A stretch of DNA of 64,000 nucleotides, from positions 1 through 64,000 of IMG/VR virus record IMGVR_UViG_3300018891_000001; one strand, 5' to 3'. This document shows, piece by piece, positions 47,559 through 58,537 of this stretch (the first letter of the stretch is position 1; the number at the start of each line of letters is the position of its first letter). The notes beneath the pieces were generated by a model. That model did no database searches and was not told the origin of the DNA. It saw only the letters and a list, made by a program, of their open reading frames with translations. The position numbers and the translations under genes are program-made.

Positions 47559-48530
47559 GTGGAGTCGATGAATGTAATTTATAAAACTATTCCACGACAC
47601 ACAGAGGAAAATATACCTCTTGATCAGATTATTGAAATTTATTTCATGATTGATATTCATAAACATTCTTTGCGACAAGAGAATATTATTTTGTTTAATA
47701 TCACAGAGCAAATTGTAGAGCCCATTTCATTTGAATATCAAAGACGAATTTTAAAGATTCGGCCTACACAAAAATTAAAACCGAACAATCACTATCAGCT
47801 TCAGATTGTAGGAGGAGAATCAGGGATTAAAGATATTACAGGGCGTATAATGGCTCAAACCTATGAAGTTGAGTTTTATACCAAGGATATAGAGAATATT
47901 AAGCCGCCAATACTCTTTTCTCCTACCGATGTCTCAGTGATTCGTGAGCCAGCAACCTTCCGATTTCAACCTATTGAAAAAGCGCATTATTACGAATTAC
48001 AAATCTCTAAGAGTAATACATTTCATAATTTAGTGTGGCCAACGAACGGGGAAAAAATCTATCAGGCTTCTGAATTGTCTGTAACGCCTAATATGTCTTA
48101 CGAGACGGGAACCTACTATGCTCGAATCCGGTCTGTTGATGAAAATGGAATAGCTAGTTCATGGTCTTCGGTTATTCAATTTTATTATGATGGTGCTCCG
48201 ATTATTCAAGAGCCAGAAGATATTGTTATAGCATCTAAAGAGGAAGATATTCCTTCCAAAGATACTGGCGTTTCCCAGCGTCAAGTTATTTTAAAACCTA
48301 TGACTCAATTACAATCCAAGCCAAGTCAATTATCTGCACTGCAAAAGGTGTTTTCAGCTGAAATGACAAACACATTTGCAAATCTCTATGTAAAATCTGT
48401 AACCCCAAAAGATAAATCCGTAAATAATGCTTTAGCAAATGCTAAACAAATTGTCATTGAGTTTACAGAGAATATCGATCCACAAACGATAAATCATACT
48501 ACATGTTACGTTTTAGCAGAACGCAATTAA
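47559..48530 (+). CDS. Ig-like domain protein
   Basis: Ig-like (SbsA/Big_5-type) segment followed by an FN3-like segment. Confidence 0.65.
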   Translation: MESMNVIYKTIPRHTEENIPLDQIIEIYFMIDIHKHSLRQENIILFNITEQIVEPISFEYQRRILKIRPTQKLKPNNHYQLQIVGGESGIKDITGRIMAQTYEVEFYTKDIENIKPPILFSPTDVSVIREPATFRFQPIEKAHYYELQISKSNTFHNLVWPTNGEKIYQASELSVTPNMSYETGTYYARIRSVDENGIASSWSSVIQFYYDGAPIIQEPEDIVIASKEEDIPSKDTGVSQRQVILKPMTQLQSKPSQLSALQKVFSAEMTNTFANLYVKSVTPKDKSVNNALANAKQIVIEFTENIDPQTINHTTCYVLAERN

Positions 48531-48543
48531 CTGGGAAAGGGTA

Positions 48544-48858
48544 GTGAGAAGGATGGCTGAGATCATTAAACCAAAGACAACAGGGGAAGAAGTATTGGTC
48601 AAAATTGTAAACCAAATGGTCTTTGTTCGTAATGAGACACCTATCCTCGACCCAAATGGTGATGGTAGAACGTTTACGACCAATTACGAATATGTTCCCC
48701 ATACGCTATGTGTAACTCTCAATGGATTAAGACAGCGAGAAGGTATTGATTATGATTATGAAGAATTGGGCGGAAACCGGTTTCGATTCACTCATAGCAT
48801 CGAGGAAGAGGATAGTGTGATCGTTGATTATATCCGAGTCATGAGTATTCTAGGGTAA
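48544..48858 (+). CDS. Small beta-module structural protein
   Basis: VTLNGLRQREGIDYDY. Confidence 0.7.
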   Translation: MRRMAEIIKPKTTGEEVLVKIVNQMVFVRNETPILDPNGDGRTFTTNYEYVPHTLCVTLNGLRQREGIDYDYEELGGNRFRFTHSIEEEDSVIVDYIRVMSILG

Positions 48859-48902
48859 CTCCCTATAATGCTCACCACACTATTCGAAACATCATAAGGA
48901 GA

Positions 48903-50681
48903 GTGACTTCATTTATGGCAATTTCACGTATTAGAGGAGAACAAATACGTCCGGGTGTGTTAGTGAATCAACACATCGCAGACAATGCAGGTATTCATGA
49001 GAGCAAGTTGGATATCAATTGGTTATCTCACTATGCTCAAGCCCTTGAAACAAAGAAAGTAATTGACTTTGTTCAAGTAGGCAATAAAGTGGTAGGCGGT
49101 TTATCGTCTTATAACCTTTCTACGCAAGGGATTCTTGCTGGAAATGCACCAAAGGCAACATCTGTCAGTACAGATGAAGGGGTTATTATTGATGCTCCTT
49201 ATAACAAAGTCATTATTCGTGACTCTGTAACGGGAGATTCGATTCTTGATGTATCAGGTAATGAAGTATATGGTCGCATGGTGCATGATGGTGTAGATTT
49301 TATTGTCATGTTCTATACGAGCAATGATGAAACTGAAACACCTTTCACAATGCCAGAAAACCAAGAAATCGATTTCCAATACATGGAGCGTTTTAATCTA
49401 CGCACAGTATCGGAATTGTTTGCTGCTAATGAAAAATTTGTAGCAGGGGCTGCAGATATTACAGCATTCCAAAACATCCATCAATTAGCAAAAGATATTT
49501 ATGGTGCTGGCTACACATTAGATCGTGATGGTCAGGGCAATTTATCAGTGTCTCTTGTAGATCAAATCGCTAATGAAGTGCAAGAGCGTCAACAAGCAAT
49601 TCAAGATTTCCGCAATGATTTGCTTGCACAAGCAACAGCCGGAAAGGGAGCCAACCTCATTGGTATTGAAGATGCAGGAAATCGCTTCCTTGGAGGGACA
49701 GTGGAAGCTGTTTTAGCAGAAATTAAAGATGCATTAGATGAATTAAAAAATGACCTTGCTTCTACAGCATTAGGAAAAGGCGCAAGCATGATTGGTCTTC
49801 ATGATGCAGCTGGCAAGTTTAACGCTTCCGATGTAGAAGGGGCATTAGCAGAATTAGCGGATCGTGCTTCTAGCTTAGAGCAGGGTTCTAACTTAGAAGT
49901 AGATAATGCGAAATCTCGTGATGCGGCATCTGCCAATGGCTATTTTGCTCAAAAAACATTTGCTAGTTTAGAAAATCGCCTAGTAGAAATCGAAACCGTA
50001 GTCGATAGCGAAGTGAAAGGTCATGGAGACCGTTTAGACGCAATTGAGGCAGAAATTCAAGCAGCTCGTAATGGGCAAGTATCTTTAGATGCTCGTTTGG
50101 ATGCTATGCAAGCAGAAATTGATGCAGAAGAAGATGCACGAGCACAAGGCGACCAAGAGATTCGAGATGACTTTGCATCTACAGACGCTGGAAAAGGTGC
50201 AAGCCTTATTGGGGTGCATGATGCTAACGGCAAGCTCACAGCCATAAATGTAGAAGGTGCATTAATTGAACTTGCAGACCGTTCGACTGCTGTTGAAGGT
50301 CGTGCGACAAATCTTGAAAATGAAGTGCAAGCAGCTCGTGGTTCAGCATCTTCTTTAGATGTTCGTTTAGATCGTGCATTAAATGAAGATGGTACGTTAA
50401 AAGCAGGTCGTGATATTCATAAGCATTACCGTGCCCGTTATCAAGCAACAGGCGGCGAATCCCAAGTTACATTGGATCAATTTAATAAAACTGACTTGCC
50501 AAATTTCCAAGTGGGCGATGATAGCTTAGAAGTTTACATTAATGGTCAATTGCAAGAAGTAGGTTTGAACTATCTTGAAGGAGCTGACGGACGTACAATC
50601 ATTTTTGATATCGGTGATGGCACAGTCTTGCAATCAACAGATATTGTTCAAATCAAATACTATGTCAATAACCCTGAGTAA
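48903..50681 (+). CDS. Fibre/whisker-like protein with three internal repeats and coiled coils
   Basis: GKGA.LIG..DA.G.F....VEG.L.E repeated three times. Confidence 0.7.
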   Translation: MTSFMAISRIRGEQIRPGVLVNQHIADNAGIHESKLDINWLSHYAQALETKKVIDFVQVGNKVVGGLSSYNLSTQGILAGNAPKATSVSTDEGVIIDAPYNKVIIRDSVTGDSILDVSGNEVYGRMVHDGVDFIVMFYTSNDETETPFTMPENQEIDFQYMERFNLRTVSELFAANEKFVAGAADITAFQNIHQLAKDIYGAGYTLDRDGQGNLSVSLVDQIANEVQERQQAIQDFRNDLLAQATAGKGANLIGIEDAGNRFLGGTVEAVLAEIKDALDELKNDLASTALGKGASMIGLHDAAGKFNASDVEGALAELADRASSLEQGSNLEVDNAKSRDAASANGYFAQKTFASLENRLVEIETVVDSEVKGHGDRLDAIEAEIQAARNGQVSLDARLDAMQAEIDAEEDARAQGDQEIRDDFASTDAGKGASLIGVHDANGKLTAINVEGALIELADRSTAVEGRATNLENEVQAARGSASSLDVRLDRALNEDGTLKAGRDIHKHYRARYQATGGESQVTLDQFNKTDLPNFQVGDDSLEVYINGQLQEVGLNYLEGADGRTIIFDIGDGTVLQSTDIVQIKYYVNNPE

Positions 50682-50689
50682 TCAATTCA

Positions 50690-50726
50690 ATATCCTCCTT
50701 CCATTACCGGAGGAGGATATGTTTTT
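50690..50726 (+). terminator. Rho-independent terminator
   Basis: ATATCCTCCT/AGGAGGATAT stem plus T-run. Confidence 0.75.
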
Positions 50727-50743
50727 TGAAAGAGGGTGTCACG

Positions 50744-51898
50744 ATGAATTATATTGGAGAATTTCAAAAAGATTCAACGATTTTACTAGAATTATTAACT
50801 AAAGATGAAAAAAATCAACCAATTGTTACGGATTTTCCACCTACAGCATTGATTGAGCATTATGACCGAAATGGATTACAGGAGGTAGATAATGTTACAC
50901 TGGAAACAATGGGAGATGGTTCTAGGCATATCAAGCTATATCACATCCCTATCGACTGGAAATATGGTGATTATTTAATCACGTATAAAGCTCAAATTGA
51001 GGGAGTTGAATATACTACTCAAGAACGTTTTTATATTTCTAAAACAGAGAAGTTAGTAGAAGAAAATAACCAAATCGGTTATGAAATTATGAATCTTATG
51101 ACCTCTCATAGTTTTCCGGTCGATACAAAACCCGAAGAAGAGCCTGTTACAAGTGCGGATGGTTATATTATGCCACCGGATTTTCAAATCCCAAGCAATA
51201 TTCAAGTGGTAGATAATCGAATTATTATCACGATTAATGAAAATATTAAGTTTAACCACACATATCGGGTGGTTTTAGATAAAGAGATTCGTTCTACAAG
51301 TGGGGCTCGATTAGGGGAAACCAAAACGATTACATTTACCTCAGCATATAAGCCTTTGTTGGCAACACCATTAGAAGTGCAATCCGTATTAAGAAGTCTT
51401 TACAAATATTTTACTCCGCATGATATTTACTCAGCCATTCGTGATGCAGGACAAAAAGCCATGCAATTATTAGGCCAAATTCCTGATCCTAATAATAGCC
51501 GTTATCGAGATATGCGAGAACGTGATGAAGCCTATTTTGCTACTACCAAGTATGTGCTGCATGAAGCGGCTCGAATCCTTATGACAGGCCTTATGGTTCG
51601 CATTTTAAATGGAACGGCGAGTGATGAAGAAGGATTAGGATTAATGACAGAAACAGGCGGTTCCATTACATTAGGGGATTTCTCTATTTCTAATAAATCA
51701 TCCTCTTCCAGTGGTATGGGAAATGGAGAAAATGAAGAAACTCCTTTGCAAAAATTGCAGGCTATGATAGTTGAAAACGATAGGGATTTGAAATTCTGGC
51801 AAGATGCTATGATGGGTCGTAATCGAAGAGGATATGCTAGACCATTGTCAGGATCCTATAGAAGCGGAGCGGGATCGCCGGAAGGACGTGACTTCTAA
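50744..51898 (+). CDS. Putative head-tail adaptor with Ig-like N-terminal domains
   Basis: Position-based; ATG 50744 after GAGGG; helical C-terminal domain. Confidence 0.5.
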   Translation: MNYIGEFQKDSTILLELLTKDEKNQPIVTDFPPTALIEHYDRNGLQEVDNVTLETMGDGSRHIKLYHIPIDWKYGDYLITYKAQIEGVEYTTQERFYISKTEKLVEENNQIGYEIMNLMTSHSFPVDTKPEEEPVTSADGYIMPPDFQIPSNIQVVDNRIIITINENIKFNHTYRVVLDKEIRSTSGARLGETKTITFTSAYKPLLATPLEVQSVLRSLYKYFTPHDIYSAIRDAGQKAMQLLGQIPDPNNSRYRDMRERDEAYFATTKYVLHEAARILMTGLMVRILNGTASDEEGLGLMTETGGSITLGDFSISNKSSSSSGMGNGENEETPLQKLQAMIVENDRDLKFWQDAMMGRNRRGYARPLSGSYRSGAGSPEGRDF

Positions 51899-52383
51899 TG
51901 ATTGATATTCGCAAAGAAATCGCCAAACTGTTTGACCAATATGCTCACAATATTGTTTATATCCGTCGAGATGAGCGATTTCGATGTGAGTGCTATGTGG
52001 AGCGAAGTGGCGAGCCACTCCCTCATTGTTTTAAATGCTTTGGAACGGGGCATATTGTTCAAATTGAGCGAGTGCGAGCCCGAAGAAAAATTGCCACAGT
52101 TCCTGAAACTTTGATTGGTGTTAATCAAATGCATCCAGCAGGAACCTTAGCTCCCAAATCCTATATATATTACTTTGAACACAATATTCACCCCAAAGTC
52201 AATGACTTGATCCTTGAGGTAATATGGGATGTTAAAGGTATACCACGATATATTAAAGAAAAGCACTTAATTAGCACCATTGAACCTAAACTTGGATATA
52301 AAGGTCGAGTGGAGTTTTATCAAGTATACTGTCGCTACGACCAGAAGGGAGTTAATGATGACAAAGCCCTCACCAAGTATTGA
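51898..52383 (+). CDS. Putative head-closure/neck protein
   Basis: Coupled start; CxC...C..C.G.G motif; position-based. Confidence 0.5.
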   Translation: MIDIRKEIAKLFDQYAHNIVYIRRDERFRCECYVERSGEPLPHCFKCFGTGHIVQIERVRARRKIATVPETLIGVNQMHPAGTLAPKSYIYYFEHNIHPKVNDLILEVIWDVKGIPRYIKEKHLISTIEPKLGYKGRVEFYQVYCRYDQKGVNDDKALTKY

Positions 52384-53407
52384 ATATTTACAACATCCCC
52401 ATATGTATTTAGAGCGTGAAGTAGCAATTGGAAAACGGTTGTTGATTCTCGCTGAGTCAGAAAATGGAGATTACTATAACCCTACATTGGTTTATAGCAA
52501 GGAAATGGCCATCGACTTTTTTGGAGGCGGTGCATTAGTACAAGCCTACGAGGATGCAAGTACTTATCAAAAAGGATTACACGCTTATTTAATGCGTATT
52601 GAACCATATGGATATGAAACGGCGTTTGCTGTTTTAGAATCATTTGATTTTGACCTTTTATTCTTAAAAGATGTGCATTTCAACAAAAACAATGAAGTTA
52701 TTCATCAATTTCTGGAGTTTGCTAGAGTAAAAGAAGAAAAAGGGAATTTAGTTCATGGAATTACCACATTATCTTCTGGTTTGCGCTATCAGGATCTTAC
52801 TTCCTTGTTTCCGCTGATTCAATCTTTAACAGAGGAAAGAGGAGATGAAACAATTGAAAGAGGAAAGTATCTTTCTTTAGTTGTTCATCAGATGGAATTT
52901 CAAGATGCCGGGGCAGTCTACGCTGGACTATTGACCTCTATTGAACCAGAAGTAAGTCCTATTAATAAAACCATTCCTAATGTATCGCTTTCTTTTGAAT
53001 TTAGCAAGCCAGAAATCCATCAACTTCGTTCTGTAGGAATTGTATGTTTTCATCAAACATTCAAGAAAGGTATTACATGTACATCTTCGAGTTGTGCTGT
53101 AAGTACAGAAGGAAGTGTACATAAGCATATATCAAATTTTCGTATTGCTCAGCATTTGATTAATCAAGTATCTAATGAGCTTCATCCTTTAATCGGAATG
53201 CCAAATGTGCTCCATCAATCTCACAATGTTGAAGGTATTGTAGAGTCAATCTGCATGGAACACATTGAGTTAAAGCGAATTAGAGACTTCGGTTATTCCG
53301 TAGGAGTGGATGAGTTATATGGCTTGATTGATGTACAAATTGAATTGGTGCCGATTTTCTCGGTGCACAGTATGACTACACATAGTCGTGTGAGAATCTT
53401 TAAATAG
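52364..53407 (+). CDS. Short tail-sheath paralogue
   Basis: N- and C-terminal segments resemble the sheath at 54181 (G....P..V....A...FGG; S..RI); start refined from 52280. Confidence 0.6.
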   Translation, partial: KPSPSIEYLQHPHMYLEREVAIGKRLLILAESENGDYYNPTLVYSKEMAIDFFGGGALVQAYEDASTYQKGLHAYLMRIEPYGYETAFAVLESFDFDLLFLKDVHFNKNNEVIHQFLEFARVKEEKGNLVHGITTLSSGLRYQDLTSLFPLIQSLTEERGDETIERGKYLSLVVHQMEFQDAGAVYAGLLTSIEPEVSPINKTIPNVSLSFEFSKPEIHQLRSVGIVCFHQTFKKGITCTSSSCAVSTEGSVHKHISNFRIAQHLINQVSNELHPLIGMPNVLHQSHNVEGIVESICMEHIELKRIRDFGYSVGVDELYGLIDVQIELVPIFSVHSMTTHSRVRIFK

Positions 53408-53427
53408 CAAAGGGAGAAGTAAGCGTA

Positions 53428-54162
53428 ATGAGTCGAGTCCATAGAGGTTTTAATCACACCATGAATCCAAATCCTTATTTTTATATTAAACACTCACAAG
53501 AAATGCCTTCTGAATTGAAGCAAGAGTTAGAGGGAACTGTACATCCAAGTTTAGATGCTCGACCTATCAGAGATAATCGAGCTCCTTTGTTGGATGCCTA
53601 TATCGACAATCGCTTACGTTCTGATAAACCCATCACCTTTTTAGATTTCATCGATGATTTGCGACGCTTGTGGGAAGCGGCCGGAAAAGCAGGAAAGTTT
53701 GTTCGTCAATCACCTCTTAAAGAAGATGCAGAATTTCCGACTATTACGTATCGCATTTTGCGAAGAGAAATCAATAAAGAGTTTAAAGATATTAAACCTC
53801 GTTATCGTACGACCATTCGTCATCCTTATTTAGAAGAGGAATACATCGAATTGTATGGTCAAATTTTTGACGTATGGGTGGAATTCTGTATTTATACCCT
53901 TAGTGCAGAAGAAGCTGACGAGCTAGTGATGGAATTAGAAGAATTTTTGCAAACTTATGCAGGATTTTTCAAGCAAAAGGGTGTGCAAGAGATTCTTTTC
54001 CACGCACAAGGAGAAGATGAGGTACTTGAGGAGCAAAGAATCCATATATCCAAACGCAAGCTTCTTTACACAATGCGATTCGAAAAAATCATCGTCAGAT
54101 TTCTTAATGAAATTGAACAAATTGCTGTTCAAGCCAACCTTCGACATGAAGGAGAAATTTAA
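53428..54162 (+). CDS. Putative tail terminator/completion protein
   Basis: Position before sheath; FPTITYRILRR. Confidence 0.5.
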   Translation: MSRVHRGFNHTMNPNPYFYIKHSQEMPSELKQELEGTVHPSLDARPIRDNRAPLLDAYIDNRLRSDKPITFLDFIDDLRRLWEAAGKAGKFVRQSPLKEDAEFPTITYRILRREINKEFKDIKPRYRTTIRHPYLEEEYIELYGQIFDVWVEFCIYTLSAEEADELVMELEEFLQTYAGFFKQKGVQEILFHAQGEDEVLEEQRIHISKRKLLYTMRFEKIIVRFLNEIEQIAVQANLRHEGEI

Positions 54163-54180
54163 CAAGAGGAGGATTCCTAG

Positions 54181-57105
54181 ATGGTACAGTTTGAACAATA
54201 TGAAAACCTGCCAGGTGTTAAAGTTTCTTATGAAGATGGCAACCTCCACACAGGAAATCAAGTAGAACAAGCATCTACTCAATCGATTCTGATTATTGGA
54301 ACTGCTATCGATGGTCCTGTTGGAGAACCGGTGTCTGTAAACGCTATTGGTGGTCCAAAAGTCGCTGAGCAAATGTTTGGCGGTTTATTGGAACGCAGAA
54401 AAGTTGTAGAGAATGGAGAAGAAAAAACAATTAAAGTGCCACATCAGGGAACATTAATCCGTGCAATGTGGGAGGCCATTCGTGCTGGAAATGAAGATGT
54501 ACGTTTATTGCGTGTATCTGGTCGAGCAGCCAAAACAGAATTACCTGCAAAAGATCCAAATAGTGAAGTTGTACAACCATTAGCAGATGCAATGGGCAAT
54601 AACTTAATTCCGGGAAATATCCCATTTCAAAAAGCATTGGGATTAACTTCGACTTTGCGCTTAGTAAAGATCGAAAAAATTGAAGAATTTGCAGGCACAG
54701 ATACAACTGTTGCACCACTTCGCACATTCCCGGATTCAACAGGTTATGAGTCTGTGGATCCAACACCGGGTTCTGAAACTGTTTATTTCCGTAAGGATAC
54801 ATTCCGCCCGAAAAACACCATTAAAATTACGTATAAAGCAAAACAGCGTAATTACACAGAAGTGACCCGAAATGAAGATGGAGTAAATAATTCATCTACT
54901 AAAGGGGTATTAACACAAGATCCAACGATGACAAACTATTTCGCTGCAGAAGTTGGAAACTGGTCAGATGATCCAATGCACCAAGTAAACGTGTATGTAG
55001 TGGATTCTCAAGGAAACGTTCATACAATTCCAATGGTTAATTCATCTGGCGAACGCTTGTGGCGTATCGGTAAGGGAGATCCGACAGTAACCGATGAATT
55101 ACGTGATGTCATTACAGCTGAAGAATTCAAGCAAGGTGGCATTCGTTTTACATCAGCTTATCAGGCAGAAGTAGCTAATGGCTTATATCCTGCATTAAAT
55201 TCTGGTATTCGGGTTCTTGCAGATTACTTCTATTACAACGATGTAGAAGTGGTTGGTTCCGTGACACAACTTGTGCCAGGCGCAGAGAAAGTGACTTTCT
55301 TGAAATTTATGCCTGATTCTGGAACCCTTGAAGTGTATTACGAGAGAAATGGATTTAAGAGTGTACTTGTAGAAGGGACAGACTATACACTCGTATTTCC
55401 AAATGATTCACAAGGAAAAGTAGAAGTTCGCATTCAGGCAGGTGCAGGCCCTGTTGGTGCCAAACTATTCGCTCACTATAAAACAGGTGAAAATAACACA
55501 CAAGGAGCTAAATTGATTGTTAATGCTCTATATGCGGGTAAATTGTACGGTGGTATTGAAGATGTAAAAGATCCGTCTACTCTATACGGGGTTAAAGTGG
55601 TCGTTGAGTATGAGGTAAATGAAAACGGCACATTAGATATGGAGAACCGTGTAATCCGCTTTATTAAGCCAGTCGATAAAAAGACAACATCTAATGATAA
55701 TGAATTACGGTTCCGTACAAAAGAATTGAAAGGCATTCGAACACTTCGTGAGTTTGCTAACTATGTAAACGGTCTTCCTCAAAATAATATTGTTCACTTA
55801 GAAGTTCCATTAAATGCAGGGGATGTTCCGCTTACAGGATTGCTTGTTACGGATTATACAGTAAGCCCAATTGATGGTAGATATGATTATCGACCAATTA
55901 ATCTTGGTGAAAAGTATGATGAGGAAACTATGTCATTCCGCTTGTTTGTAGATGACAGTAAACAAGACAATGACCCAGATCGCTTTCCGTGGTTAGGTAC
56001 AGATGGTTTCTTTGATCCTAGCAACTTGTTAGATATGAAGAAGCTGTATGAAGCTCTCGGCGGTAAATATCAATTAGTAGAAGGAACGCTAGATGAATAT
56101 GAGTTAGTTGAGCAAGGTATTTACTCTAAACTTGAAAACTATGCCGTTGACATCATTGTTCTTGAAGGCGTATATGCCAATACTGCGATTGGAGATATTG
56201 CCGAAGATGGGTCAATCGTAGTTTCTCAAAATAAAAACTTTGCTACACAGCTTGCTCAGCACTGTGCCATGGTCACAGCAAAAACATGGGAAACTATCGG
56301 TGTCATTGGAACTGCTCCAGCTCCATTTACGGGACTTCGTGAAGTTCAAGAATACATTGATTTACTGACAAAAGGTGTAGGATTGAACGAAGAAGCTGAA
56401 CAATTCTACCTCAGTCGTGGAATCAATCCTAAGTATCAGAACTTCCATTACATGTACAACCTTGCAACACATGAGCAAATTTTCAATGATGAAGGCGATC
56501 CTATTGATATTGGCCGTTACATTAACGTTGTATATGGTCCGGAGGCTGGATTAGCTCATGAGAAGCTTGGAACTTATGTCGTAACTGGTTCTATGATTTA
56601 TGCAACTCTTATCTCCCAATTAAATGCTGAAGTTTCAACAACGAATAAACCAGTGCCAGTACTTGGTTTGCGTTATCACTTGTCTGAGGCACAGCACAAT
56701 CAATTAGCAGGTGGACGGTATGTAACTTTTGAGGGCAAATTAAATCTCAATGGTACTCGAACAGTAGTTGTGAAAGACGGTGTAACAGCTGCTGCTCCAA
56801 ATAGTGATTATCAGCGTCTATCTACGGTTCGTATTGTTCATGCAACTGTTCAATTAATCCGTAAGAAAGCCGACCGTTTCATTGGTCTACCAAACGGTAT
56901 TGCTCAACGAAATGCATTAGCTACTGAGATTCAAGCAGGACTCGATCGATTAAAAGAATTGGGTGTTCTCCAAAACTTTAAATTCTCTATTTTCTCTTCT
57001 TCACGTGACCGTGTACTTGGTAACGCCTTTATTACATTAGAGCTAGTACCTGCCTTTGAAACTCGCAAAATTTACACAAGCGTTGCACTGAGAGCAAGTT
57101 TATAA
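54181..57105 (+). CDS. Contractile tail sheath protein, 974 aa
   Basis: N-terminal LPGVKV...IIGTA.DGP; C-terminal RLSTVRIV...FIG.PN...R...I...L; large central insertion. Confidence 0.88.
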   Translation: MVQFEQYENLPGVKVSYEDGNLHTGNQVEQASTQSILIIGTAIDGPVGEPVSVNAIGGPKVAEQMFGGLLERRKVVENGEEKTIKVPHQGTLIRAMWEAIRAGNEDVRLLRVSGRAAKTELPAKDPNSEVVQPLADAMGNNLIPGNIPFQKALGLTSTLRLVKIEKIEEFAGTDTTVAPLRTFPDSTGYESVDPTPGSETVYFRKDTFRPKNTIKITYKAKQRNYTEVTRNEDGVNNSSTKGVLTQDPTMTNYFAAEVGNWSDDPMHQVNVYVVDSQGNVHTIPMVNSSGERLWRIGKGDPTVTDELRDVITAEEFKQGGIRFTSAYQAEVANGLYPALNSGIRVLADYFYYNDVEVVGSVTQLVPGAEKVTFLKFMPDSGTLEVYYERNGFKSVLVEGTDYTLVFPNDSQGKVEVRIQAGAGPVGAKLFAHYKTGENNTQGAKLIVNALYAGKLYGGIEDVKDPSTLYGVKVVVEYEVNENGTLDMENRVIRFIKPVDKKTTSNDNELRFRTKELKGIRTLREFANYVNGLPQNNIVHLEVPLNAGDVPLTGLLVTDYTVSPIDGRYDYRPINLGEKYDEETMSFRLFVDDSKQDNDPDRFPWLGTDGFFDPSNLLDMKKLYEALGGKYQLVEGTLDEYELVEQGIYSKLENYAVDIIVLEGVYANTAIGDIAEDGSIVVSQNKNFATQLAQHCAMVTAKTWETIGVIGTAPAPFTGLREVQEYIDLLTKGVGLNEEAEQFYLSRGINPKYQNFHYMYNLATHEQIFNDEGDPIDIGRYINVVYGPEAGLAHEKLGTYVVTGSMIYATLISQLNAEVSTTNKPVPVLGLRYHLSEAQHNQLAGGRYVTFEGKLNLNGTRTVVVKDGVTAAAPNSDYQRLSTVRIVHATVQLIRKKADRFIGLPNGIAQRNALATEIQAGLDRLKELGVLQNFKFSIFSSSRDRVLGNAFITLELVPAFETRKIYTSVALRASL

Positions 57106-57178
57106 GAATTGATTCGTGGGGAAGGCCTTCCTTCCTCACTTAATTAGAAATAATTTTATAAAGAGGTGAACAAGCACT

Positions 57179-57949
57179 ATGTTCAACGTTGAAGAATATA
57201 CTCGCACATTTACGAGCTTCTCTGGTGCTGATATTGTAGCAACATTCAATGGTCGTGTGATTGGTGAACTCCAAGCAATTTCCTATTCTGTTGCTCGTGA
57301 AGTTGCTCCAGTATACACAATGGGTAGCCCAGATCCACGTTCATTCTCTCGAGGTAAGCGTGGTATTTCCGGTTCTCTTGTTTTTGTTCAATTTGACCGT
57401 GATGCCTTGCTGGAAGAAATGAAAAAACAATATGAAGGAGCTCCAGGGGCATTGCGTTTCCAACAATATATTACCAATGTTAGTGGTACTAATATTGGCA
57501 GCCGAACAGGAAGAGCAGGATTAGAGGATCAAATCCTAAGTGGATTAAAAGCTGTTTCAGCTACAGGCGGAAATTCCTACGGAATTAGTACATGGGACGA
57601 GCAAATGACACGTTTAGGATATGCTCGTACAGCAGGAAACGCACAACAAGGATTTAATGAGGACAATCTAGTGGATTTCTTCGTTCCAGAATATGCTGAT
57701 CAGTTAATGCCTTTCAATATTTCTATCAGTATGGCCAATGAATATGGTCAGCGAGCAGGTATGGAAATTTACGGGGTTCAATTGCTAAATGAAGCATCCG
57801 GATTTTCTGTTGACGATGTGGTAACAGCTAAAGCTTATACATTTGTGGCTCGTAAAATTAAAGGAATCCAGCCAAAAGCAAACCTTCGTCAAGAAGGTGG
57901 CGCATCAGCCAATACCGCTATTGGCGATACATGGAATCCAGTCTTATAA
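57179..57949 (+). CDS. Tail tube protein
   Basis: Directly after sheath; SFSGADIVATF..GELQAISYSV.RE..PVY motif. Confidence 0.8.
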   Translation: MFNVEEYTRTFTSFSGADIVATFNGRVIGELQAISYSVAREVAPVYTMGSPDPRSFSRGKRGISGSLVFVQFDRDALLEEMKKQYEGAPGALRFQQYITNVSGTNIGSRTGRAGLEDQILSGLKAVSATGGNSYGISTWDEQMTRLGYARTAGNAQQGFNEDNLVDFFVPEYADQLMPFNISISMANEYGQRAGMEIYGVQLLNEASGFSVDDVVTAKAYTFVARKIKGIQPKANLRQEGGASANTAIGDTWNPVL

Positions 57950-57968
57950 GGATATTAATATATTCCAT

Positions 57969-57999
57969 AATAGGACAGCACTTGTGGCTGTCCTATTTT
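57969..57999 (+). terminator. Terminator after tube gene
   Basis: AATAGGACAGC/GCTGTCCTATT stem plus T-run. Confidence 0.8.
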
Positions 58000-58018
58000 T
58001 CAATAAGGAGGAAAAGAG

Positions 58019-58537
58019 ATGTTCGAGCGTTATCAAAAAACGATTACTTCTTATTCCGGTACAGATATGGTCTGCAGCATTAATGTTCCTGGTAAGGGTC
58101 CTATTATCTTTGGAGAGTTATCTCAAATTTCATATTCCGTGTATCGAGAAAAAGTACCGGTGCGAGCATTAGGAAGGGTATCAATGAAAGGATACACAAG
58201 GGGGATGCGCACTATTACAGGGATTTTATCTTTTACAGTATTTGATGAATCCATTGTTTATCGCTGTATGGAAGAAATTCGTCAAGCAGGATATCGCATG
58301 TTAATGGATGAAATGCCTTTGTTTGATGTCACGATTTCCATGGCCAATGAATTTGGTGCTCGTTCCAAAATGAGTATTTACGGTATTTCTACCTATACCG
58401 AGGGAATGGTTATGAGTGTCGATGACATTGTTACGCATAATGCGTATGAATTTTATGCTTTAGATATTGACCCTATTCAACGAACCAATGAAGAAAAACC
58501 ACCACATTATCCAAGAGGGGGAGGAATCGTTATATGA
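58019..58537 (+). CDS. Tube-like paralogue 2
   Basis: SYSGTD...GELSQISYSV.RE..PV...G.....RG.R. Confidence 0.7.
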   Translation: MFERYQKTITSYSGTDMVCSINVPGKGPIIFGELSQISYSVYREKVPVRALGRVSMKGYTRGMRTITGILSFTVFDESIVYRCMEEIRQAGYRMLMDEMPLFDVTISMANEFGARSKMSIYGISTYTEGMVMSVDDIVTHNAYEFYALDIDPIQRTNEEKPPHYPRGGGIVI

